Shown: in pieces, positions 36,553 through 43,923 of the stretch | Layout: the number at the start of each line of letters is the position of its first letter | Position numbering within the stretch: position 1 is the first letter of the stretch | DNA from: a virus | Lineage: Duplodnaviria; Caudoviricetes | Length of the DNA stretch: 43,923 bases | IMG/VR virus record: IMGVR_UViG_3300025621_001497 | Span: 1 to 43,923 of that record | Strand: one strand, 5' to 3' | Made by a program: the position numbers and the translations under genes | Notes under the pieces: generated by a model | What the model was told of the DNA's origin: nothing | Database searches by the model: none | What the model saw: only the letters and a program-made list of their open reading frames with translations

Positions 36553-36766
36553 ATGCAGCACTTAAAGGTGGCTGGCCGTATATATCGGGACGCAGCTCAT
36601 AACGAGTGATAGAGCCCTGCGTGATCCGCTCAATTTCAAGAACCCTCTCCGCAGGCACCTGCCCCCTGCGTCTCCACCCGTCAATCGCCTGGGGTGAAAT
36701 TCCTAGTTCACGAGCAAAGCGGGATTGGCTGTGCACAAGCTCGAGCAATCGATCAATGGCGGACAT
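36551..36766 (-). CDS. Cro / YdaS-like HTH regulator
   Basis: SQSRFARELGISPQAIDGW...VPAERVLEIE..T.G.ITRYELRPDIY; divergent from the repressor. Confidence 0.9.
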   Translation of the reverse strand: MSAIDRLLELVHSQSRFARELGISPQAIDGWRRRGQVPAERVLEIERITQGSITRYELRPDIYGQPPLSAA

Positions 36767-36770
36767 TGTC

Positions 36771-36840
36771 TCAACCTCAGATTTAAACCATTGGCTTAAA
36801 CGATAAGCCCTAGCGTTATAGACCGTCAACCGCAGATTGA
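36771..36840. promoter_or_regulatory. OR-like repressor operators (15-bp imperfect palindromes)
   Basis: TCAACCTCAGATTTA (36771), TAAACCATTGGCTTA (36784), TCAACCGCAGATTGA (36826); related sites at 37531 and 37552. Confidence 0.65.
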
Positions 36841-36853
36841 GGATCATGCTTAA

Positions 36854-37516
36854 ATGAACGATCTCAGCCAGCGTATTCGCTATGCACTTCAACGCGCCAA
36901 GCTCTCCCAGACCGCCGCTGCAGAGCAGATTGGCGTCACTCCTCAGTCAGTCAATAAATGGCTCCGGTCTGGCCAGATAGACAAAACCAACCTAGCCAAA
37001 CTGGCAGACCTCACCGGATTTACTCTGAAGTGGTTTCTGCAAGGCCCGGACGAAGTCAATTATCAATTTGACTCCGACAGCGGCTTGGCCAGCTTTCCTG
37101 GAGCCAGGCCATCTAGTAGAGCAATGCCATTGATTCCCCTCATTAGCTATGTCCAAGCAGGGGCCTTCTGCGAGGCATTGAATTCGCTGGCTCCTAATGA
37201 CGCTGAGGACTGGCTCCCGTGCCCATACCCACATGGTCACAACACATTTGCCCTTACGGTCAGAGGGAGCAGCATGGAAGATGAATTCTTCGATGGAGAA
37301 GTCATTTTCGTCGACCCTGACAGGCAATTCCATCCAGGTGATTTTGTGATCGCAAGGAAACAAGACCAGAACGAAGTGACCTTCAAGCGCCTTCAGAAGG
37401 ACGGCGACACTTGGTTCTTGAAGGCAATGAATAAAAGCTGGCCAGAGCAAGTAATCCAGATTTCCGGAGCCTGGAATATCTGCGGAGTAGTTATTGGTAA
37501 GTACAAAAGGTACTGA
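36854..37516 (+). CDS. CI-like repressor (HTH plus S24 autopeptidase)
   Basis: HTH LSQTAAAEQIGVTPQSVNKW, VQAG cleavage site, VRGSSM catalytic Ser, TFKRL catalytic Lys. Confidence 0.93.
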   Translation: MNDLSQRIRYALQRAKLSQTAAAEQIGVTPQSVNKWLRSGQIDKTNLAKLADLTGFTLKWFLQGPDEVNYQFDSDSGLASFPGARPSSRAMPLIPLISYVQAGAFCEALNSLAPNDAEDWLPCPYPHGHNTFALTVRGSSMEDEFFDGEVIFVDPDRQFHPGDFVIARKQDQNEVTFKRLQKDGDTWFLKAMNKSWPEQVIQISGAWNICGVVIGKYKRY

Positions 37517-37530
37517 CCACCCAACAGGTT

Positions 37531-37570
37531 TAAACCTATGGTTGATTTATTTAAACCCAAGGTATAATTT
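37531..37570 (+). promoter_or_regulatory. OL/pL-like operators and promoter of the plus-strand early operon
   Basis: TAAACCTATGGTTGA and TAAACCCAAGGTATA overlapping TTGATT and TATAAT hexamers. Confidence 0.7.
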
Positions 37571-37609
37571 GAGCGCGTACCCAAACTCTCACCTTGTGGA
37601 GTACGCGAC

Positions 37610-37870
37610 ATGCCATCGACACAGCACACCCGCTGCCCGGTGCTCCTGCACCCGGCCTGCACCACCAACCCTGACGCCATCCGCGCTGTCCAGCAGGCCA
37701 CCGGCCGTCTGGTAGTCATCAATGGCGGCAAGGCTCGGCTCCTCCAGTCTCAGCCGCTCTTCCTATTCGCCACTGGCGAGAAGGATTACCTACCTGCACA
37801 CGTAGCCAATCGCCGCTTTTTCATCATTAATGAAATCGACACCGGCCCGTTTGGAGGTGACGCAGCATGA
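37610..37870 (+). CDS. Hypothetical early protein (86 aa)
   Basis: MPSTQHTRCPVLLHPAC; GGAG SD within a hairpin; ATGA overlap downstream. Confidence 0.7.
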   Translation: MPSTQHTRCPVLLHPACTTNPDAIRAVQQATGRLVVINGGKARLLQSQPLFLFATGEKDYLPAHVANRRFFIINEIDTGPFGGDAA

Positions 37871-38196
37871 ATGAAGCCATCGAGACACTGGCTTTGCAGA
37901 TCGTCGCCATGAGTCTGCGCATCACCGCCTCCGGGCAATACCATGCCTTCGCCACCCAGTTCGGGCACGTGCGCACCCTCGACGTCCACGTGTACCCAGC
38001 CACCACCGAGTACACCGCCGGGGTACAACGGGAAACGCTGTTTTCCACATCGGCTTACTGGGAACCAAGCAAGCACAGCCATCTGGAGGCAGAAGAACAG
38101 CTGCCGACCGCTATTGCCGAGCTTGAGGCTTTGATCGCCAGGCTGCAGCCCTACATGCCGCAGACACCTGCAATCTCTCAGGAGGCAGCAGCATGA
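37867..38196 (+). CDS. Hypothetical early protein (109 aa)
   Basis: GGAGG SD; ATGA overlaps at both ends. Confidence 0.75.
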   Translation: MNEAIETLALQIVAMSLRITASGQYHAFATQFGHVRTLDVHVYPATTEYTAGVQRETLFSTSAYWEPSKHSHLEAEEQLPTAIAELEALIARLQPYMPQTPAISQEAAA

Positions 38197-38761
38197 GCCA
38201 GATTCTGATTGGCCTAGCCGGCAAGGCCCGCACCGGCAAAGACACGGCTGCCCGCTACTTGGCAGCACACCTCTCCCTGATCAGCTACGCCTTCGCTGAC
38301 CCGCTCAAGCAGGCACTGGCTGGCATGTTCCACCTCACCGCAGCCCAACTGGAAGGCGCGGAGAAGGAACAGCCCCTGCCTGGCTGGGCAAGTCGCCGCG
38401 CGAGCTGATGCAACTGCTAGGCACCGAATGGGGCCGCGACCTGGTGCACCCGCAGCTCTGGCTGTTGCTGGCCGAGCGGAACCTGCAGCTGCTCGCCGAG
38501 CACGACCAGGCCATGCAGGGCGTTGTGATCCGCGACGTGCGCTTCAACAACGAAGCGGACTGGGTGCGCAGCAAAGGCGGCGTGATTCTGCACATCACCC
38601 GGGCAGACGCCGAAGCTGTGGCCATGCACCCCAGCGAGAGCGGCGTCAGCCACCTGCCTGGCGACCTAACCCTGGCCAACGATGGCACGTTCGAGCAGCT
38701 GTATGACGAGCTGGAAAGCCTGATCCGTGTGCTGCTGCGCTCAAAGCGCAACGCTGCCTGA
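38193..38761 (+). pseudogene. Deoxynucleotide monophosphate kinase, split by a 1-bp deletion near 38380
   Basis: IGLAGKARTGKDT P-loop and FADPLK in one frame; WLGKSPRELMQLLGTEWGR...DVRFNNEA...HPSESG in the next. Confidence 0.85.
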
Positions 38762-38771
38762 GGCCCGCACC

Positions 38772-39065
38772 ATGAACCGCACCGTTAAAGAGGCCGCCCA
38801 GGTACTGGGCATCACCGAACCCGCGCTGCGCAAACACCTGCAGGCCAGCAACGCACTCAACCGCGACGGCACCTTGGCAGCAAGGCATCACAACGGCGGC
38901 AAGCTGTTCATGCAGCCGCGCGTCACTCAGGTTAAACCCGCCAACCGCGCGCCCATCACCAAGCACTATGCCGTGCTGATGGTCACCGAGGCGGGTATCG
39001 ACTGGCTGGCCGCGCAGATGGGCATCGAAATCAAGGAAATCCCGCAGAAGGAAAGCGCCGCATGA
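38772..39065 (+). CDS. Antirepressor KilAC-like domain protein
   Basis: TVKEAAQVLGI....LRKHL and VTEAGIDWLA motifs. Confidence 0.7.
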   Translation: MNRTVKEAAQVLGITEPALRKHLQASNALNRDGTLAARHHNGGKLFMQPRVTQVKPANRAPITKHYAVLMVTEAGIDWLAAQMGIEIKEIPQKESAA

Positions 39066-39424
39066 GCAACCCCATCACCGACGCTATTGGCGTGGTCAAG
39101 CTGGCCGGCATGCACTTCAAGAACCCAACAGCAGTACCCGCTGGCGTTGTGCGCGACGCATCCGCCGAGGTGCTGCAACGCCTGGAGGCCATCCAGCCGG
39201 AGGCGCTGCACCTGGTGTCGCTTTACACCGGCTTACTGGCAATCACCCCGGCTGGCTGGCTGCCGCACGTCACCCTCACCACAGACCCGGTGCGCCCCTT
39301 CGGCGCCGTAATCACCGACGAAGCCGGCAACATCGCCGCCCGCGACACAGGCAAGACTGTCGACAGTCTCGTCGCGCTGTTGCGGCTCCGGCTACCGGCG
39401 GGGCGCGGGGTGGCCCAGGCATGA
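39062..39424 (+). CDS. Hypothetical early protein (120 aa)
   Basis: ATGA overlaps at both ends. Confidence 0.7.
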   Translation: MSNPITDAIGVVKLAGMHFKNPTAVPAGVVRDASAEVLQRLEAIQPEALHLVSLYTGLLAITPAGWLPHVTLTTDPVRPFGAVITDEAGNIAARDTGKTVDSLVALLRLRLPAGRGVAQA

Positions 39425-39657
39425 CAACGCTGGAACTGCTGCAGCAACGCTGGAAGGCCAACAGCCTGCCGCTGACCCAGGTGCGCGAGCACTACTTCCC
39501 GCACATCAAAACGGACAAGCGCCTACGCGCCCTGCTCCGTTCCGGGGAGGTGCAGCTGCCCACCTTCAAGCACACCGATTCCCGCCTGGCACCGCTGTAC
39601 GTGCGCCTTACGGACCTAGCCGCCTACCTCGACTCACGGGCAGAGGCAGCGGCTTAA
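39421..39657 (+). CDS. Pyocin activator PrtN-family protein
   Basis: L..VREHYFPHI...L...GEV.LP.....SR.AP.YV.L.DLAAYLD. Confidence 0.8.
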   Translation: MTTLELLQQRWKANSLPLTQVREHYFPHIKTDKRLRALLRSGEVQLPTFKHTDSRLAPLYVRLTDLAAYLDSRAEAAA

Positions 39658-39737
39658 CCGGGTATAACGCCCAATACCAACCCGCCGCCGGACTCTCACA
39701 TTCATACCCGGCGGCGGGCTCTACGAGGACACAGCAC

Positions 39738-40484
39738 ATGTCAAACAGCATCCAGATTCAAATCATCGCCGCGCTCGCTGTAATCACCCTGATCGGCCTG
39801 GCCGTTTGGGCCTACCGCTCAGCTCAGAAGGCCCATGTCAAAGGGTATGACCTCGGCTACGACGACGCCAAGCGCGGCCACGAGCTGCGCATCGCCGATC
39901 AGCAGCACGAGATCGAGCACCTGCAGCTCAAAGCGGTGAACCAACGCACAGCCCACAAGCTGGAGCGAGACGCGATCATCCAAGACGCAGATGCCCGCAT
40001 TGCCATCTATGCCGCCCGGGCACTCACTGCCAATGACATCCACACCATGCGCATCGTTAACAAGCAGCTGCTGTTGGCCGTGCGGACCTATACCAACCTC
40101 AAGCTGCTCGACCAGGCGCGCTTCGCCAATACCGCCGCGCAAAACGTCGGCCAAGTGATCGACCGCATCGCCGCCGCACCTCCGGCCGCTACGCCAACAG
40201 CAGATGACATCCTCACCTTCGCCGCTAACGTACCGCCCAACGGCAAAAGCTGGCTGGTTTATGGCCCAGAGGGCTGCGGCAAAACCACCAACGCCCAAGC
40301 CATTGCCAACGCCCTCGGCTTGACCGACATCCTCGACAATTGGCACTCAGGCGCCCGTGTACCCACGACCAAAACCCTGGTGCTGACCACCGAGACCCCA
40401 CCCTTCTCCCAATTTATCCGCCGCGTGCTGTCTTTCGACCAGGCTATGAGCCTGGTGGCTTCCAAGAAGGGGGTGGCCGCATGA
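39738..40484 (+). CDS. Membrane-anchored coiled-coil protein with C-terminal P-loop domain
   Basis: N-terminal TM, GYDLGYDDA, coiled coil, then WLVYGPEGCGKTT. Confidence 0.75.
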   Translation: MSNSIQIQIIAALAVITLIGLAVWAYRSAQKAHVKGYDLGYDDAKRGHELRIADQQHEIEHLQLKAVNQRTAHKLERDAIIQDADARIAIYAARALTANDIHTMRIVNKQLLLAVRTYTNLKLLDQARFANTAAQNVGQVIDRIAAAPPAATPTADDILTFAANVPPNGKSWLVYGPEGCGKTTNAQAIANALGLTDILDNWHSGARVPTTKTLVLTTETPPFSQFIRRVLSFDQAMSLVASKKGVAA

Positions 40485-41368
40485 CCTGGATCATCACTCG
40501 CAGCGGCCAGAAGTTCGACCTGGCCAACCCGACCGCCGCCATGGTGCACCCGGCCGATATCGCCCACAGCCTGAGCATGCAGTGCCGCTTCAACGGCCAC
40601 ACCTCCCACTTCTACAGCGTGGCCAAGCACTGCTACCTAGCGGCTGATCTTGTACCGGCCGAGGAGCATTTCGAAGGATATAAATCATTTACGACCTTAC
40701 ATTTTTTTCTGACGCAAAATCCTGGAATAGCACCGATTCACAACAACAAAGTGCGCATTGATGCGCGACCTCCAGTCAGGCGGGTGATTTATAGAGCTCC
40801 ACGAACGGACCTCAGTAGAAAGCTCAGCGACGTGCGCAAGCACTTCAAAAACATTTTTAGCTGTCGAGTGAGGCAGAGGCTGCAAAATCACACCTCTCAA
40901 TATATCTGCCACCTGCTCGAGGCGAACCAGATTCAACTGAATAGCAGCTCCAGCGATGTAATCGGCAAGGACGATTGGCAGCTGCTCAATTGCGCAAACA
41001 GCTTCATAAACGGCTCGCTCGGCCAAACCAATGAGACGGGTACATTCGCCAGCAGCTTCTTTCTCAGCTCGCTCACGATCTCGCTTATGCCCGCGCTCAG
41101 AAACCCAAACAGCGGTCAAAATCGCACCAACCGAACCAACCGCCTGCACCCATGCTGCAGCAGTGGATTCAACGCCAAAATGGCAAAGCACCACAAACAG
41201 CGCCCAACCCAAAGCACCGATAGAAATGAACCCCCATACCACCCAAATGCTCGCAATTTTCATGTTTTCCGGCATGTCGAACTTAGGCATGTGCAATGGC
41301 TCCTTGCCATCCTATTTTTAGCGGGAATGCCGTTTAGCTGCATCTCAACTCAGCGAGGTGCAGCATGA
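40481..41368 (+). pseudogene. Truncated HD phosphohydrolase (YfdR/YfbR-like) N-terminus fused to an open antisense frame
   Basis: DIAHSLSMQCRFNGHT..FYSVA.HC motif, then similarity stops near 40670 before the LLHDA motif; frame stays open to 41368. Confidence 0.75.
40697..41290 (-). CDS. Membrane protein, moron inserted antisense in the early operon
   Basis: Two TMs with AAWVQAVGSVGAI motif common in moron proteins; AAGGAG SD 9 nt before ATG 41290. Confidence 0.75.
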   Translation of the reverse strand: MPKFDMPENMKIASIWVVWGFISIGALGWALFVVLCHFGVESTAAAWVQAVGSVGAILTAVWVSERGHKRDRERAEKEAAGECTRLIGLAERAVYEAVCAIEQLPIVLADYIAGAAIQLNLVRLEQVADILRGVILQPLPHSTAKNVFEVLAHVAELSTEVRSWSSINHPPDWRSRINAHFVVVNRCYSRILRQKKM

Positions 41369-41430
41369 ACAACACCGCCCCCGTCACCCGCTTCCACGGC
41401 GAGAAGAAGCAGAAGCGAGGTAAGCTCTAA
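41365..41430 (+). pseudogene. 21-codon mini-ORF, probable remnant of a second adenine methylase gene
   Basis: MNNTAPVTRFHGEK resembles the AP(V/I).RYHGGK start of Dam-family genes; GAGGTG SD; TAATG overlap with alpA. Confidence 0.5.
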
Positions 41431-41627
41431 TGAAAGAACGATCTCTAGACCGTCTAATAAAAATTGAAGAAGTCATGTCTCAGGTCGGCATGGGTAAGAC
41501 CAAAATCTACGATCTTATCCAACTCGAGGACTTCCCCACCCCGGTGCAGCTTGGTCGATACTCACGCTGGTCACAAATCGAGATTCAGAACTGGATTGAG
41601 CAACAGAAGCAAAGAAGGGCAGCTTAG
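41430..41627 (+). CDS. AlpA-family regulator / excisionase
   Basis: LIKIEEVMSQVGMGKTKIY..I....FP.PVQLG..SRW...EIQNWI. Confidence 0.9.
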   Translation: MKERSLDRLIKIEEVMSQVGMGKTKIYDLIQLEDFPTPVQLGRYSRWSQIEIQNWIEQQKQRRAA

Positions 41628-41639
41628 CTGCCCTTCTTT
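41611..41639. terminator. Hairpin at convergent gene ends
   Basis: AAAGAAGGGCAGCT-T-AGCTGCCCTTCTTT perfect inverted repeat. Confidence 0.65.
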
Positions 41640-41641
41640 AG

Positions 41642-42727
41642 CTATTTTCTGAACTCCCAATACAAGCCTTCACCCGTCCCTTTTGCCTGTAAGTGAAACC
41701 GCTCAGAGGGTCTATCACCCTTAATTATTGAATATAAATCTGAAATCACAGACGAATTATCACCATAGTACGAGTGCGCAAGAAAGTCCGTTTCTACCGT
41801 CGTAGCATCTATCAACTCAAGACCAGGCACAGTTCTAACCGGATTTGGAAAATCCCCTGCACGGGGGTAGCTATGGAACCCCTTAGACAATATCAAAGCC
41901 TTATCTCTGGAAGAAACATACAAGGTAATTGGAGCATCCCCCTTTATCATTTCTGGAACAATCACATCCATGAAAGTACCCGCATCAATATCTGGAGCAG
42001 TAAGTACAATTTCCTTAACCTTTGCCGCCAGGTCTGGTCTATCCGTATATATCTTAGTTACAGCATGAGTAAGCGCTCGATTGCCCATACTATGGGCAAT
42101 TAAATACACATTTTTGACATCCACTCTCTCCAAGTGGTCTAGAAGAAATGCATGCATCGCAGGATAAGACCACTCAATAGTAGCCTCATCTGCCGGATAC
42201 TTTTCAGGAGCACCAGCTGAAGGCCAGCTAAAAAAAATTGGAGCACCTTTAAATTTTAGGTCATAAGTCATTTGCGCCGTGCGTTTTGCAGCATCTTCAA
42301 AAGCAACATTGTAACCATGCACAAAAACAAGCGACGATCCACTTTGCTTTAAGGACTCAGACAGATAACCATCAAACACTGACTTTGGCATTCCAGTTCC
42401 ACCACGCAAAACAACATGCTTTGCCGGGTCGAGTGGAAGCCAACTAAAAAATGGCGACTCAATTTCACCTATGCGGTGATCTGGCGGAATACTTACATTA
42501 CACAACCCGTAAGATAATTTATTTGATGAAGCCCTTTCACCGCCGAAACTACAACCCGAACCAGTTGCCTTTCTATTTGTTGCGTATAGCACATCTAGAA
42601 TCAGCTCATTACTTCCACTAAACGTAGCTGTTGGCTTTTGACTAACCACCAGATACACAGAGCAGAGCAAAATAGTCAAAATCAAAGCAAACAATAAAAT
42701 GTAATTTCTAATAGCCACACTAGACAT
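41642..42727 (-). CDS. Alpha/beta hydrolase (DUF900-like esterase), moron
   Basis: YATNR, VFVHGYNV, FSWPS, IAHSMGNR, APDID, HSYY; N-terminal anchor; AT-rich. Confidence 0.88.
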   Translation of the reverse strand: MSSVAIRNYILLFALILTILLCSVYLVVSQKPTATFSGSNELILDVLYATNRKATGSGCSFGGERASSNKLSYGLCNVSIPPDHRIGEIESPFFSWLPLDPAKHVVLRGGTGMPKSVFDGYLSESLKQSGSSLVFVHGYNVAFEDAAKRTAQMTYDLKFKGAPIFFSWPSAGAPEKYPADEATIEWSYPAMHAFLLDHLERVDVKNVYLIAHSMGNRALTHAVTKIYTDRPDLAAKVKEIVLTAPDIDAGTFMDVIVPEMIKGDAPITLYVSSRDKALILSKGFHSYPRAGDFPNPVRTVPGLELIDATTVETDFLAHSYYGDNSSVISDLYSIIKGDRPSERFHLQAKGTGEGLYWEFRK

Positions 42728-42813
42728 GTGAACATTTCCTTATGTGAATTGGCCTTTCCATCACAAAGATAGATGGCAATTTGCTCCTCTGCAAAATTGG
42801 ACGAAAAGAGAAA

Positions 42814-43923
42814 CTACCCTTCTGCATTCATACAAGTCTTTTCCCACCAAACCATCATGGCTGCCCGCTCAACCATGTATTCAGCATGGTTGTAAGCCTG
42901 CTTTGTTTTATTCTCATCGGCATGCGCAAGCTGCAGCTCAATCACCTCGCTGCGAAATAGTCCGGACTCGTAAAGATGGGTCGATGCCGTCGCTCTAAAG
43001 TCGTGGCAGGTCCAACCCTTAAACCCCATGAACTCCAGCGCTCTATTGAAAGTGGTGCCGTCTACCATCTTGTCAGGATGCCGCAAGCCAGGAAACATCA
43101 GCTCGCGCCCGCCAGTGATGCTGTGCAGTTCACGAAGCAACTCAAGCGCCCTAGGCCCCAACGGTACGATATGACGCCGGCGCTTCTTCATGAGCTCTGC
43201 CGGGATATCCCAGACGCCTGCGTCTAGGTCAACGTCCTGCCAGCGTCCCCGGCGAACCTCAATAGTGCGCAGAAACAGTAGTTGTAACAGCTCAAGCGCA
43301 ATGGTGTTCGACCGAAAACCGGCATACTTTTTCAGGCTTCGCCGGAACTCGCCCATCATCTCGGTACTCATCGGCCGACTGTGATTCACGGGGCCTCTCT
43401 CAAAAGCACCGACCAGCGCCGCCGCCGGATCATTCTCAGCCCGCAAAGTCCGAATCGTGTAACGATACATCTGCGAAATCCAGTTACGCAGACTGATCGC
43501 GTAGAACGTCGCCCCCCGCTTATCCATACGCCGCAGGCACTCAAGCAACTGAGTCGAGGACACCTCACGCACCGGCATCTTGCCTATGTAGGGGAACAGG
43601 TTGTTTGTGAAAGCATTTGTCAGCTGCCGCCGATAGGATTCGGAAGCCTTGGATTTGGTGCCAATCCATTCAAGAACGACGACGTTAAAAGAGGAACCGT
43701 TCTCGGCAATCTGCCGTGCTTTGTCAGCTCGGCGCAGGTGCGCAGGATGCCGCCCCTGCTTGACTAAAGCCCGCGCCAGGTCACGCTCGGCCCTGGCATC
43801 TGCCAGGCCCAACTCTGGGTACTCACCGATAGCAAACACGTTTTCAACCCCATCGATCTTGTACCGGTATCGCCAGTACTTCCCGCCGGTTGGACGCACC
43901 TCTATTATAGAGGCCACGCTCAT
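42814..43923 (-). CDS. int: Tyrosine integrase, P4 family (5' part outside window, apparent frameshift at ~43905)
   Basis: Arm-binding W.YRY...IGEYP.LGLADAR; catalytic R (FLRTIE), HDFR, QLAH, AYN. Confidence 0.9.
   Translation of the reverse strand: MSVASIIEVRPTGGKYWRYRYKIDGVENVFAIGEYPELGLADARAERDLARALVKQGRHPAHLRRADKARQIAENGSSFNVVVLEWIGTKSKASESYRRQLTNAFTNNLFPYIGKMPVREVSSTQLLECLRRMDKRGATFYAISLRNWISQMYRYTIRTLRAENDPAAALVGAFERGPVNHSRPMSTEMMGEFRRSLKKYAGFRSNTIALELLQLLFLRTIEVRRGRWQDVDLDAGVWDIPAELMKKRRRHIVPLGPRALELLRELHSITGGRELMFPGLRHPDKMVDGTTFNRALEFMGFKGWTCHDFRATASTHLYESGLFRSEVIELQLAHADENKTKQAYNHAEYMVERAAMMVWWEKTCMNAEG

Larger units (their letters stand above)
1426..43923. mobile_element. Lambdoid prophage (boundaries not resolved in window)
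   Basis: Complete ordered set of integration, immunity, replication, packaging, head, tail and lysis modules. Confidence 0.95.

Noticed and set aside
37858-41368. Repeated GCAGCATGA at early gene junctions as sRNA targets
   Set aside because: Explained by Ala-Ala-stop endings with ATGA overlaps; only a 5-6-nt match to the box
42728-43923. att site or tRNA integration target
   Set aside because: No end-to-end direct repeat or tRNA fragment seen; the boundary lies outside the window

Overview
A near-complete lambdoid (siphovirus-type) prophage, most likely of Pseudomonas (inferred from gene families and GC-rich codon usage). No att sites are visible. Reading right to left: P4-family tyrosine integrase, AlpA-type excisionase, plus-strand early operon (PrtN-like, KilAC-like, frameshifted dNMP kinase), CI/Cro switch, CII-like, TraR-like, Prim-Pol/helicase plus likely ori, Q-like late regulator, holin, lambda-type terminase/portal/ClpP/capsid, long tail module, GH19 endolysin, Rz/Rz1 and a Dam-family methylase. 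About ten AT-richer accessory genes (morons) are interspersed. Two unexplained structures stand out. (1) A candidate ~230-nt structured plus-strand RNA between cII and cro (36324-36552) displays one GUGCUGUGUC loop and three GUGAGA loops. Their exact complements (CUCUCAC ... GACACAGCAC) recur as pairs at the start regions of three phage genes in both early operons, with a partial site at the Q-like gene. This suggests a C4/CI-like multi-target antisense control network. (2) Two morons inserted backwards inside early operons are each spanned on the operon strand by a stop-free 'bridge' ORF with ATGA overlaps at both ends, apparently preserving translational coupling to the primase and to the excisionase. 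One-base frameshifts are visible in the dNMP kinase and the integrase. All product names come from motif recognition, not database searches.
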